This document shows, one piece after another, positions 27,040 to 40,269 of a stretch of DNA of 64,000 nucleotides. The notes under the pieces were generated by a model. It saw nothing but the letters and a program-made list of their open reading frames with translations, searched no databases and had not been told where the DNA came from. A program made the position numbers and the translations under genes. Each line of letters starts with the position of its first letter. Position 1 is the first letter of the stretch. Source of the stretch: Camelus dromedarius (taxonomy: Eukaryota); assembly GCF_036321535.1 (NCBI RefSeq), contig NC_087436.1, forward strand, positions 2,108,001 through 2,172,000, written 5' to 3'.

Positions 27040-30000
27040 TTATCTCTCAGAACTGAGAATGTGGAGAGACTTTCGTTCATCTAGCTCAAAGGGAACGGGT
27101 TGCAGGAGAAACGTTTACTCTGGTTTTTCAGTCTGTTTCCTAGTGCCGGTTTGAAGTTCCTGCAGTTTTCACTGTAAAACCGAGTTGGGGCTAGTACCTC
27201 CCTATATATATGTATGGAGTGGAGTTTGCAACTGAAAAGAAACTTTGTGTTCCCTACAAGCTAGGTGAAGGACGGCTTTCACACACACTTATCTCTCAGA
27301 ACTGAGCATGTGGAAAGACGTTCGTTCATCTAGCACAAAGGGAAAGGGTTGCAGGAGATAATTTTACTCTGGTTTCTCAGTCTGTTTCCTAGTACCCGTT
27401 TGAAGTTACTGCAATTTTCACTGTAAAACAGAGTTGGGGCTAGTACCTCCCCATATATATGTATGGAGTGGAGTTTGCAACTGAAGAGAATCTTTGTATT
27501 CCCAACAAGCTAGGTGAAGTACGGCGTTCACACACACTTATCTCTCAGAACTCAGCATGTGGAGAGACGTTCATTCATCTAGCACAAATGGAACGGGGTG
27601 CAGGAGAAACTTTTACTCATTTATCTCAGTGTGTTTCCTAGTGCCGGTTTGAAGTTCCTGCAGTTTTCACTGTAATACAGAGTTGGTGCTAGTAACTATC
27701 TATATATATGTATGGAGTGGAGTTTGCAACTGAAAAGAAACTTTGTGTTCCCAACAAGCTAGGTGAAGGACGGCTTTCACACACACTTATCTCTCAGAAC
27801 TGAGCATGTTGAGAGACGTTCGTTCATCTAGCATAAAGGGAACGGGTTGCAGGAGAAACTTTACTCTGGTTTCACCGTCTGTTTCCTAGTGCCGGTATGA
27901 AGTTCCTTCAGATTTCACTGTAAAACAGAGTTGGAGCTAGTACCTCCCCATATATATGTATGGAATGGAGTTTGCAACTGAAAAGAATCTTTGTGTTCCC
28001 AACAAGCTAGTTGAAGGACGGCTTTCACACACACTTATCTCTCAGAACTGAGCATGTGGAGAGAAGTTCGTTCATGTAGCACAAAGGGAACGGGTTGCAG
28101 GGGAAACTTTTACTCTGGATTCTCAGTCTGTTTCCTAGTGTCGGTTTGAAGTTCCTGCAGTTTTCACTGTAAAACCGAGCTGGAGCTAGTACTTCCCTGT
28201 ATATATGTATGGATTGGAGTTTGTAAGTGAAAAGAAACTTTGTGTTCCCAAGAAGCTAGGTGAAGGACGGCTTTCACACACACTTATCTCTCAGAACTGA
28301 GCATGTGGAGAGACGTTCGTTCATGTAGCACAAAGGGAACGGGTTGCAGGGGAAACTTTTACTCTTAATTCTCAGTCTGTTTCCTAGTGTCGTTTTGAAG
28401 TTCCTGCAGTTTTCACTGTAAAACCGAGCTGGAGCTAGTACTTCCCCGTATATATGTATGGATTGGAGTTTGTAAGTGAAAAGAAACTTTGTGTTCCCCA
28501 GAAGCTAGGTGAAGGACGGCTTTCACACACAATTATCACTCAGAACTGAGCATGTGGAGAGACGTTCGTTCATCTAGCACAAAGGGAACGGGTTGCAGGA
28601 GAAACTTTTACTCTGGTTTCTCAGTCTGTTTCCTACTGCCGGTTGGAAGTTCCTGCAGTTTTCACTGTAAAACCGAGTTGGAGCTAGTACCTCCCCATAT
28701 ATATGTATGGAGTGGAGTTTCCAACTGAAAAGAAACTTTGTGTTCCCGACAAACTAGGTGAAGGACGGCTTTCACACACAGTTATCTCTCAGAACTGAGC
28801 ATGTGGAGAGACGTTCGTTCATCTAGCATAAAGGGAACCTGTTGCAGGAGAAATTTTTACACTGGTTTCTCAGTCTGTTTCCTAGTGCCGGTTTGAAGTT
28901 CCTGCAAATTTCACTGTAAAACCGATTTGGAGCTAGTACCTCCCCATATATATGTATGGAGTGGAGTTTGCAACTGAAAAGAAACTTTGTGTTCCCAACA
29001 AGCTAGGTGAAGGACGGCTTTCACACACACTTATCTCTCAGAACTGGGCAAGTGGAGAGACGTTCGTTCATCTAGCACAAAGTGAACGGGTTGCAGGAGA
29101 AACTTATTCTCTGGTTTCTCATTCTGTTTCCTGTTGCCGGTTTAAAGTTCCTGCAATTTTCACTGTAAAACCGAGTTGGAGCATGTCCCTCCCCATATAT
29201 ATGTATGGATTGGAGTTTGCAACTGAAAGGAACTTTGTGTTCCCAAGAAGCTAGTTGAAGGACGGCTTTCACACACACTTATCTCTCAGAACTGAGCATG
29301 TGGAGAGAAGTTCGTTCATCTAGCACAAAGGGAACGGGTTGCAGGAGAAACTATTACACATTTTTCTCAGTCTGTTTCCTAGTGCCGTTTTGAAGTGCCT
29401 TCAGTTTTCACTGTAAAACACAGTTGGAGCTAGTACCTCCCCGTATATATGTATGGAGTGGAGTTTGCAACTGAAGAGAATCTTTGTGTTCCCAACAAGC
29501 TAGGTGAAGGACGGCGTTCACAGACACTTATCTCTCAGAACTCAGCATGTGGAGAGACGTTCATTCATCTAGCACAAATGGAACGAGGTGCAGGAGAAAC
29601 TTTTACTCATTTATCTCAGTGTGTTTCCTAGTGCCGGTTTGAAGTTCCTGCAGTTTTCACTGTAATACAGAGTTGGTGCTAGTAACTATCTATATATATG
29701 TATGGAGTGGAGTTTGCAACTGAAAAGAAACTTTGTGTTCCCAACAAGCTAGGTGAAGGACGGCTTTCACACACACTTATCTCTCAGAACTGAGAATGTG
29801 GAGAGACTTTCGTTCATCTAGCTCAAAGGGAACGGGTTGCAGGAGAAACTTTTACTCTGGTTTTTCAGTCTGTTTCCTAGTGCCGGTTTGAAGTTCCTGC
29901 AGTTTTCACTGTAAAACCGAGTTGGGGCTAGTACCTCCCTATATATATGTATGGAGTGGAGTTTGCAACTGAAAAGAAACTTTGTGTTCCCTACAAGCTA

Positions 30001-33000
30001 GGTGAAGGACGGCTTTCACACACACTTATCTCTCAGAACTGAGCATGTGGAAAGACGTTCGTTCATCTAGCACAAAGGGAAAGGGTTGCAGGAGATAATT
30101 TTACTCTGGTTTCTCAGTCTGTTTCCTAGTACCCGTTTGAAGTTACTGCAATTTTCACTGTAAAACAGAGTTGGGGCTAGTACCTCCCCATATATATGTA
30201 TGCAGTGGAGTTTGCAACTGAAGAGAATCTTTGTATTCCCAACAAGCTAGGTGAAGTACGGCGTTCACACACACTTATCTCTCAGAACTCAGCATGTGGA
30301 GAGACGTTCATTCATCTAGCACAAATGGAACGGGGTGCAGGAGAAACTTTTACTCATTTATCTCAGTGTGTTTCCTAGTGCCGGTTTGAAGTTCCTGCAG
30401 TTTTCACTGTAATACAGAGTTGGTGCTAGTAACTATCTATATATATGTATGGAGTGGAGTTTGCAACTGAAAAGAAACTTTGTGTTCCCAACAAGCTAGG
30501 TGAAGGACGGCTTTCACACACACTTATCTCTCAGAACTGAGCATGTTGAGAGACGTTCGTTCATCTAGCATAAAGGGAACGGGTTGCAGGAGAAACTTTA
30601 CTCTGGTTTCACCGTCTGTTTCCTAGTGCCGGTATGAAGTTCCTTCAGATTTCACTGTAAAACAGAGTTGGAGCTAGTACCTCCCCATATATATGTATGG
30701 AATGGAGTTTGCAACTGAAAAGAATCTTTGTGTTCCCAACAAGCTAGTTGAAGGACGGCTTTCACACACACTTATCTCTCAGAACTGAGCATGTGGAGAG
30801 AAGTTCGTTCATGTAGCACAAAGGGAACGGGTTGCAGGGGAAACTTTTACTCTGGATTCTCAGTCTGTTTCCTAGTGTCTGTTTGAAGTTCCTGCAGTTT
30901 TCACTGTAAAACCGAGCTGGAGCTAGTACTTCCCTGTATATATGTATGGATTGGAGTTTGTAAGTGAAAAGAAACTTTGTGTTCCCAAGAAGCTAGGTGA
31001 AGGACAGCTTTCACACACACTTATCTCTCAGAACTGAGCATGTGGAGAGACGTTCGTTCATGTAGCACAAAGGGAACGGGTTGCAGGGGAAACTTTTACT
31101 CTGGATTCTCAGTCTGTTTCCTAGTGTCGTTTTGAAGTTCCTGCAGTTTTCACTGTAAAACCGAGCTGGAGCTAGTACTTCCCCGTATATATGTATGGAT
31201 TGGAGTTTGTAAGTGAAAAGAAACTTTGTGTTCCCCAGAAGCTAGGTGAAGGACGGCTTTCACACACAATTATCACTCAGAACTGAGCATGTGGGGAGAC
31301 GTTCGTTCATCTAGCACAAAGGGAACGGGTTGCAGGAGAAACTTTTACTCTGGTTTCTCAGTCTGTTTCCTACTGCCGGTTGGAAGTTCCTGCAGTTTTC
31401 ACTGTAAAACCGAGTTGGAGCTAGTACCTCCCCATATATATGTATGGAGTGGAGTTTCCAACTGAAAAGAAACTTTGTGTTCCCGACAAGCTAGGTGAAG
31501 GACGGCTTTCACACACAGTTATCTCTCAGAACTGAGCATGTGGAGAGACGTTCGTTCATCTAGCATAAAGGGAACCTGTTGCAGGAGAAATTTTTACTCT
31601 GGTTTCTCAGTCTGTTTCCTAGTGCCGGTTTGAAGTTCCTGCAAATTTCACTGTAAAACCGATTTGGAGCTAGTACCTCCCCATATATATGTATGGAGTG
31701 GAGTTTGCAACTGAAAAGAAACTTTGTGTTCCCAACAAGCTAGGTGAAGGACGGCTTTCACACACACTTATCTCTCAGAACTGGGCAAGTGGAGAGACGT
31801 TCGTTCATCTAGCACAAAGTGAACGGGTTGCAGGAGAAACTTATTCTCTGGTTTCTCATTCTGTTTCCTGTTGCCGGTTTAAAGTTCCTGCAATTTTCAC
31901 TGTAAAACCGAGTTGGAGCATGTCCCTCCCCATATATATGTATGGATTGGAGTTTGCAACTGAAAGGAACTTTGTGTTCCCAAGAAGCTAGTTGAAGGAC
32001 GGCTTTCACACACACTTATCTCTCAGAACTGAGCATGTGGAGAGAAGTTCGTTCATCTAGCACAAAGGGAACGGGTTGCAGGAGAAACTTTTACACATTT
32101 TTCTCAGTCTGTTTCCTAGTGCCGTTTTGAAGTGCCTTCAGTTTTCACTGTAAAACACAGTTGGAGCTTGTACCTCCCCGTATATATGTATGGAGTGGAG
32201 TTTGCAACTGAAGAGAATCTTTGTGTTCCCAACAAGCTAGGTGAAGGACGGCGTTCACAGACACTTATCTCTCAGAACTCAGCATGTGGAGAGACGTTCA
32301 TTCATCTAGCACAAATGGAACGAGGTGCAGGAGAAACTTTTACTCATTTATCTCAGTGTGTTTCCTAGTGCCGGTTTGATGTTCCTGCAGTTTTCACTGT
32401 AATACAGAGTTGGTGCTAGTAACTATCTATATATATGTATGGAGTGGAGTTTGCAACTGAAAAGAAACTTTGTGTTCCCAACAAGCTAGGTGAAGGACGG
32501 CTTTCACACACACTTATCTCTCAGAACTGAGCATGTTGAGAGACGTTCGTTCATCTAGCATAAAGGGAACGGGTTGCAGGAGAAATTTTACTCTGGTTTC
32601 ACCGTCTGTTTCCTAGTGCCGGTATGAAGTTCCTTCAGATTTCACTGTAAAACAGATTTGGAGCTAGTACCTCCCCATATATATGTATGGAATGGAGTTT
32701 GCAACTGAAAAGAATCTTTGTGTTCCCAACAAGCTAGTTGAAGGACGGCTTTCACACACACTTATCTCTCAGAACTGAGCATGTGGAGAGAATTTCGTTC
32801 ATGTAGCACAAAGGGAACGGGTTGCAGGGGAAACTTTTACTCTGGATTCTCAGTCTGTTTCCTAGTGTCGGTTTGAAGTTCCTGCAGTTTTCACTGTAAA
32901 ACCGAGCTGGAGCTAGTACTACCCCGTATATATGTATGGATTGGAGTTTGTAAGTGAAAAGAAACTTTGTGTTCCCAAGAAGCAAGGTGAAGGACGGCTT

Positions 33001-34150
33001 TCACACACACTTATCTCTCAGAACTGAGCATGTGGAGAGACGTTCGTTCATGTAGCACAAAGGGAACGGGTTGCAGGGGAAACTTTTACTCTGGATTCTC
33101 AGTCTGTTTCCTAGTGTCGTTTTGAAGTTCCTGCAGTTTTCACTGTAAAACCGAGCTGGAGCTAGTACTTCCCCGTATATATGTATGGATTGGAGTTTGT
33201 AAGTGAAAAGAAACTTTGTGTTCCCAAGAAGCTAGGTGAAGGACGGCTTTCACACACAATTTTCACTCAGAACTGAGCATGTGGAGAGACGTTCGTTCAT
33301 CTAGCACAAAGGGAACGGGTTGCAGGAGAAACTTTTACTCTGGTTTCTCAGTCTGTTTCCTAGTGCCGGTGGGAAGTTCCTGCAGTTTTCACTGTAAAAG
33401 CGAGTTGGAGCTAGTACCTCCCCATATATATGTATGGAGTGGAGTTTCCAACTGAAAAGAAACTTTGTGTTCCCGACAAGCTAGGTGAAGGACGGCTTTC
33501 ACACACAGTTATCTCTCAGAACTGAGCATGTGGAGAGACGTTCGTTCATCTAGCATAAAGGGAACCTGTTGCAGTAGAAACTTTTACTCTGGTTTCTCAG
33601 TCTGTTTCCTAGTGCCGGTTTGAAGTTCCTGCAAATTTCACTGTAAAACCGATTTGGAGCTAGTACCTCCCCATATATATGTATGGAGTGGAGTTTGCAA
33701 CTGAAAAGAAACTTTGTGTTCCCAACAAGCTAGGTGAAGGACGGCTTTCACACACACTTATCTCTCAGAACTGGGCAAGTGGAGAGACGTTCGTTCATCT
33801 AGCACAAAGTGAACGGGTTGCAGGAGAAACTTTTTCTCTTGTTTCTCATTCTGTTTCCTGTTGCCGGTTTAAAGTTCCTGCAATTTTCACTGTAAAACCG
33901 AGTTGGAGCATGTCCCTCCCCATATATATGTATGGAATGGAGTTTGCAACTGAAAGGAACTTTGTGTTCCCAAGAAACTAGGTGAAGGACGGCTTTCACA
34001 CACACTTATCTCTCAGAACTGAGCATGTGGAGAGAAGTTCGTTCATCTAGCACAAAGGGAACGGGTTGCAGGAGAAACTTTTACACATTTTTCTCAGTCT
34101 GTTTCCTAGTGCCGTTTTGAAGTGCCTTCAGTTTTCACTGTAAAACACTG
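27040..34150. repeat. 8-mer HOR (1990 bp, 3 copies) with an overlying 11-mer duplication (2737 bp)
   Basis: ORFs 28952, 31689 and 33679 are offset by 2737 and 1990. ORFs 27459, 29449 and 30196 are offset by 1990 and 747. 'tgagaatgtggagagacttt...agctcaaa' occurs at ~27054 and ~29791. Confidence 0.9.
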
Positions 34151-35860
34151 TTGGAGCTAGTACCTCCCCATATATATGTATGGAGTGGAGTTTGAAATTG
34201 GAAATAAACTTTGTGTTCCCAACTAGCTTGGGGAAGGACGGCTTTAACACACACTTATCTCTCAGAACTTAGCATGTGGAGAGACGTTCGTTCATTTAGC
34301 ACAAAGGGAACGGGTTGCAAGTGAAACTTTTACTCTAGTTTCTCAGTCTGTTTCCTAGTGTCGGTTGAAGTTCCTGCAGTTTTCACTGTAAAACCGAGTT
34401 GGAGCTAGTACCTCCCCATATATATGTATGGATTGGAGTTTGCAACTGAAAAGAAACTTTGTGTTCCCAACAAGTTAGTTGAAGGACGGCTTTCACACAC
34501 ACTTATCTCTCAGAACTGAGCATGTGGAGAGACGTTCGTTCATCTAGCAAAAAGGGAACGGGTTGCAGGAGAAACTTTTACTCTGGTTTCTCAGTCTGTT
34601 TCTTAGTGCCGGTTTGAAGTTTCTTCAGTTTTCACTGTAAAACCGTATTGAAGCTAGTACTTTCGCATATATATGTATGGATTGGAGTTTGCAAGTGAAA
34701 AGAAACTTTGTGTTCCCAAGAAGCTAGGTGAAGGACGGCTTTCACACACACTTATCTCTCAGAGCTGAGCATGTGGAGAGACGTTCGTTCATCTAGCATA
34801 AAGGGAACCTGTTGCAGGAGAAACTTTTACTCTGGTTTCTCAGTCTGTTTCCTAGTGCCGGTTTGAAGTTCCTGCAAATTTCAGTGTAACACCGATTTGG
34901 AGCTAGTACCTCCCCATATATATGTATGGAGTGGAGTTTGCAACTTAAAAGAAACTTTGTGTTCCCAACAAGCTAGGTGAAGGACGGCTTTCACACACAC
35001 TTATCTCTCAGAACTGAGCATGTGGAGAGACGTTCGTTCATCTAGCACAAATTGAACGGGTTGCAGGAGAAACTTTTTCTCTGGTTTCTCATTCTGTTTC
35101 CTGTTGCCGGTTTAAAGTTCCTGCAATTTTCACTGTAAAACCGAGTTGGAGCATGTCCCTCCCCATATATATGTATGGATTTGAGTTTGCAACTGAAAGG
35201 AACTTTGTGTTACCAAGAAGCTAGGTGAAGGACGGCTTTCACACACACTTATCTCTCAGAACTGAGCATGTGGAGAGAAGTTCGTTCATCTAGCACAAAG
35301 GGAACGGGTTGCAGGAGAAACTTTTACACATTTTTCTCAGTCTGTTTCCTAGTGCCGTTTTGAAGTGCCTTCAGTTTTCACTGTAAAACACAGTTGGAGC
35401 TAGTACCTCCCCATATATATGTATGGAGTGGAGTTTGCAACTGAAAAGAAACTTTGTGTTCCCAACTAGCTTGGGGAAGGAAGGCTTTAACACACACTTA
35501 TCTCTCAGATCTAAGCATGTGGAGAGATTTTCGTTCATTTAGCACAAAGGGAACGGGTTGCAAGTGAAACTTTTACTCTAGTTTCTCAGTCTGTTTCCTA
35601 GTGTCGGTTGAAGTTCCTGCAGTTTTCACTGTAAAACCGAGTTGGAGCTAGTACCTCCCCATATATATGTATGGATTGGAGTTTGCAACTGAAAAGAAAC
35701 TTTGTGTTCCCAACAAGCTAGTTGAAGGACGGCTTTCACACACACTTATCTCTCAGAACTGAGCATGTGGAGAGACGTTCGTTCATCTAGCACAAAGGGA
35801 ACGGGTTGCAGGAGAAACTTTTACTGTGGTTTCTCAGTCTGTTTCTTAGTGCCGGTTTGA
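33500..35860. repeat. 5-monomer duplication (~1243 bp), 2 moderately diverged copies
   Basis: 'agcataaagggaacctgtt' at ~33552 and ~34795. 'aactagcttggggaagg' at ~34221 and ~35464. Confidence 0.8.
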
Positions 35861-38800
35861 AGTTTCTGCAATTTTCACTGTAAAACCGTGTTGGAGCTTG
35901 TACCTCCCCATATATATGTATGGAGTTGAGTTTGCAACTGAAAAGAAACTTTGTGTTCCCGACAAGCTAGGTGAAGGACGGCTTTCACACACACTTATCT
36001 CTCAGAGCTGAGCATGTGGAGAGACTTTCGTTCACCTAGCACAAAGGGAACGGGTTGCAGGAGGAACTTTTACTCTGGTTTCTCATTCTGTTTCCTAGTG
36101 CAGGTTTGAAGTTCCTGCAATTTTCACTGTAAATCCGAGTTGGGACTAGTACCTATCCATATATATGGATGGATTGGAGTTCGCAACTGAAAAGAAACTT
36201 TGTGTTCCCAACAAGCTAGGTGAAGGACGGCTTTCACACACACTTATCTCTCAGAACTGAGCATGTGGAGAGAAGTTCGTTCATCTAGCACAAAGGGAAC
36301 GGGTTGCAGGAGAAACTTTTACACATTTTTCTCAGTCTGTTTCCTAGTGCCGTTTTGAAGTGCCTTCAATTTTCACTGTAAAACACAGTTGGAGCTAGTA
36401 CCTCCCCATATATATGTATGGAGTGGAGTTTGCAACTGAAAAGAAACTTTGTGTTCCCAACAAGCTATGTGAAGGACGGCTTTCACACACACTTATCTCT
36501 CAGATCTGGGCAATTGGAGAGACGATCGTTCATCTAGGAAAAAGAGAACGGTATGCAGGAGAAATTTTTCTCTGGTTTCTCAGTCTGTTTCCAAGTGCCG
36601 GTTTGATGTTCCTGCAGTTTTCACTGTAAAACCGAGTTGGAGGTTGTACCTCCCCATATATATGTATGGAATGGAGTTTGCATGTGAAAAGAAACTTTGT
36701 GTTCCCAACAAGCTAGGTGAAGGACGGCTTTCACACACACTTATCTCTCAGAACTGAGCATGTGGAGAGACGTTCGTTCACCTAGCAAAAGGGAACGGGT
36801 TGCAGGAGAAACTTTTACTCTGGTTTCTCAGCCTGTTTCCTAGTGCCGGTTTGAAGTTCCTGAATTTTTCACTGTAAAACCAAGTTGGAGCTAGTACCAC
36901 CGCATATATATGTATGGATTGGAGTTTGCAAGTGAAAAGAAACTTTGTGTTCCCAACAAGCTAGATGAAGGACAGCTTTCACACACTACTTTCTCTCAGA
37001 TCTGAGCATGTGGAGAGAAATTCGTTCATCTAGCACAAAGGGAACGGGTTGCAGGAGAAACTTTTACTCTGGTTTCTCAGTCTGTTTCCTAGTGCCGGTT
37101 TGAAGTTCCTTCATTTTTCACTGTAAAACAGAGTTGGAGCTAGTACCTCCCCATATATATGTATGAAGTGGAGTTTGCAACTGAAAAGAAACTTTGTGTT
37201 CCCAACAAGCTAGGTGAAGGACGGCTTTCACACACACTTATCTCTCAGATCTGGGCAATTGGAGAGACGTTCGTTCATCTAGCACAAAGGGAACGGGTTG
37301 CAGGAGAAACTTTTTCTCTGGTTTCTCAGTCTGTTTCCTGTTGCCGGTATAAAGTTCCTGCAGTTTTCACTGTAAATCCGAATTGGAGCTTTTACCTCCC
37401 CATATATATGTATGGATTGAAGTTTGCAACTTAATGGAACTTTGTGTTCCCAAGAAGCTATGTGAAAGACGGCTTTCACACACACTTATCTCTCAGAACT
37501 GAGCATGTGGAGGGACGTTCGTTCATCTAGCACAAAGGGAACGGGTGGCAGGAGAAACTTTTACTCTGGTTTCTCAGTCTGTTTCCTAGTGCCGGTTTGA
37601 AGTTCCTGCAGTTTTCAGAGTAAAAAAAAGTTGGTGCTACTACCTCCCCATATATATGTATGGAGTGGAGTTTGCAACTGAAAAGAAACTTTGTGTTCCC
37701 AACAAGCAAGTTGAAGGACTGCTTTCACACACACTTTTCTCTCAGAACTGAGCATCTGGAGAGACGTTCGTTCATATAGCACAAAGGGAACGGGTTGCAG
37801 GATAAACTTTTACTCTGGTTTCTCAGTCTGTTTCCTAGTGCCTGTTTGAAGTTCCTGCATTTTTCACTGTAAAACAGAGTTGGAGCTAGTACCTCCCCAT
37901 ATATATGTATGGAGTGGAGTTTGCAACTGAAAAGAAACTTTGTGTTCCCAACAAGCTAGGTGAAGGACGGCTTTCACACACAATTATCTCTCAGAACTGA
38001 GCTTGTGGAGAGACGTTCGTTCATCTAGCACAAAGGAACGGGTTCCAGGAGAAACTTTTACTCATTTATCTCAGTCTGATTCCTAGTGCCGGTTTGAATT
38101 TCCTGCAGTTTTCACTGTAAACCCGAGTTGGGGCTAGTAACTCCCCATATATATGTATGGAGTGGAGTTTGCAACTGAAAAGAAACTTTGTGTTCCCAAC
38201 AAGCTAGGTGAAGGACGGCTTTCACACACACTTATCTCTCAGAACTGAGCATGTGGAGAGACGAACATTCATCTAGCACAAAGGGAACGGGTTGCACGGG
38301 AAACTCTTACTCTGGTATCTCAATCTGTTTCCTGTTGTCGGTTTGAAGTTCCTGCAGTTTTCACTGTAAAACCGAGTTGGAGCTAGTACCTCCCCATATA
38401 TATGTATGGAGTGGAGTTTCAACTGAAAAGAAACTTTGTGTTCCCAAGAAGCTAGGTGAAGGACGGCTTTCACACACAATTATCTCTCAGAACTGAGCAT
38501 GTGGGAGACGTTCGTTCATCTAGCACAAAGGGAACGGGTGGCAGGAGAAACTTTTACTCTGGTTTCTCAGTCTGTTTCCTAGTGCCGGTTTGAAGTTCCT
38601 GCAGTTTTCACTGTAAAACCGAGTTGGGGCTACTACCTCCAGATATATATGTATGGAGTGGAGTTTGCAACTGAAAAGATACTTTGTGTTCCCAACAATC
38701 TATGTGAAGGACAGCTTTCACACACACTTATCTCTCAGATCTGGGCAAGTGGAGAGACGTACGTTCCTCTAGCACAAATGGAACGGGTTGCAAGAGAAAC

Positions 38801-40269
38801 TTTTTCTCCGGTTTCTCAGTCTGTTTCCTGTTGCCGGTTTAAAGTTCCTGCAGTTTTCACTGTAAAATCGAGTTGGAGCTCTTCCCTCCCGATATATATA
38901 TATGGATTGGAGTTTGCAATTGAAAGGAACTTTGTGTTCCCAAGAAGCTAGGTGAAGAACGGCTTTCACACACAATTATATCTCAGAACTGAGCATGTGG
39001 TGAGACATTCGTTCATCTAGCACAAAGGGAACAGGTTGCAGGCGAAAATTTTTCTCTCGTTTCTCTGTCTGATTCCTTGTGCCGGTTTGATGTTCCTGCA
39101 TTCTTAACTGTAAAACAGATTTGGGGCTAGTACCTCCCCATATATATGTATGGAATGGAGTTTGCAACTGAAAAGAAACTTTGTGTTCCCAACAAGCTAG
39201 GGGAAGGACGGCTTTTACACACACTTATCTCTCAGAACTGAGCATGTGGAGAGACGTTCGTTCATCTAGCACAAAGGGAACGGGTTGCAGGAGAAAATTT
39301 TACTCTGGTTTCTCAGTCTGATTCCTAGTGCCGGTTTGAAGTTCCTGCAGTTTTAACTGTAAAACAGATTTGGGGCTAGTACCTCCCCATATATATGTAT
39401 GGAATGGAGGTTGCAACTGAAAAGAAACTTAGTGTTCCCAACAAGCTAGGTGAAGGACGGCTTTCACACACACTTAACTCTCAGAGCTGAGCATGTGGAG
39501 AGACGTTCGTTCATCTAGCACAAAGGGAACGGGAGGCAGGAGAAACTTTTACTCTGGTTTCTCAGTCTGTTTCCTAGTGCCGGTTTGAAGTTCCTGGAGT
39601 TTTCACTGTAAAAGACAGTTGGGGCTACTACCTCCCCTTATATATGTATGGAGTGGAGTTTGCAACTGAAAAGAAGCTTTGTGTTCCCAACAAGCTAGGT
39701 GAAGGACGGCTTTCACACTCACTTATCTCTCAGATCTGGACAAGTGGAGAGACGTTCGTTCATCAAGCACAAAGGTAACGTGTTGCAGGAGAAACATTTT
39801 CTCTGGTCTCTCAGTCTGTTTCCTGTTGCCGGTATAAAGTTCCTGCAGTTTTCACTGTAAAACCGAGTTGGATCTAGTACCTCCCCATATATATGTATGG
39901 AGTGGAGTTTGCAACTGAAAATAAACTTTGTGTTCCCAACAACTAGGGGAAGGACGGCTTTCACACACACTTATCTCTCAGAACTGAGCATGTGGAGAGA
40001 CGTTCGTTCATCTAGCACAAAGGAACGGGTGGCAGGAGAAAATTTTACTCTGATTTCTCAGTCTGTTTCCTAGTGCCGGTTTGAAGTTCCTGCAGTTTTC
40101 ACTTTAAAAGAGAGTTGGGGCTAGTACCTCCGCATATATATGTATGGAGTTGGGTTTGCAACTGAAAAGAAACTTTGTGTTCCCAACTAGATAGTTGAAG
40201 GACGGCTTGCACACACACTTATCTCTCAGATCTGGGCAAGTGGAGAGACGTTCGTTCATCTAGCACAAA

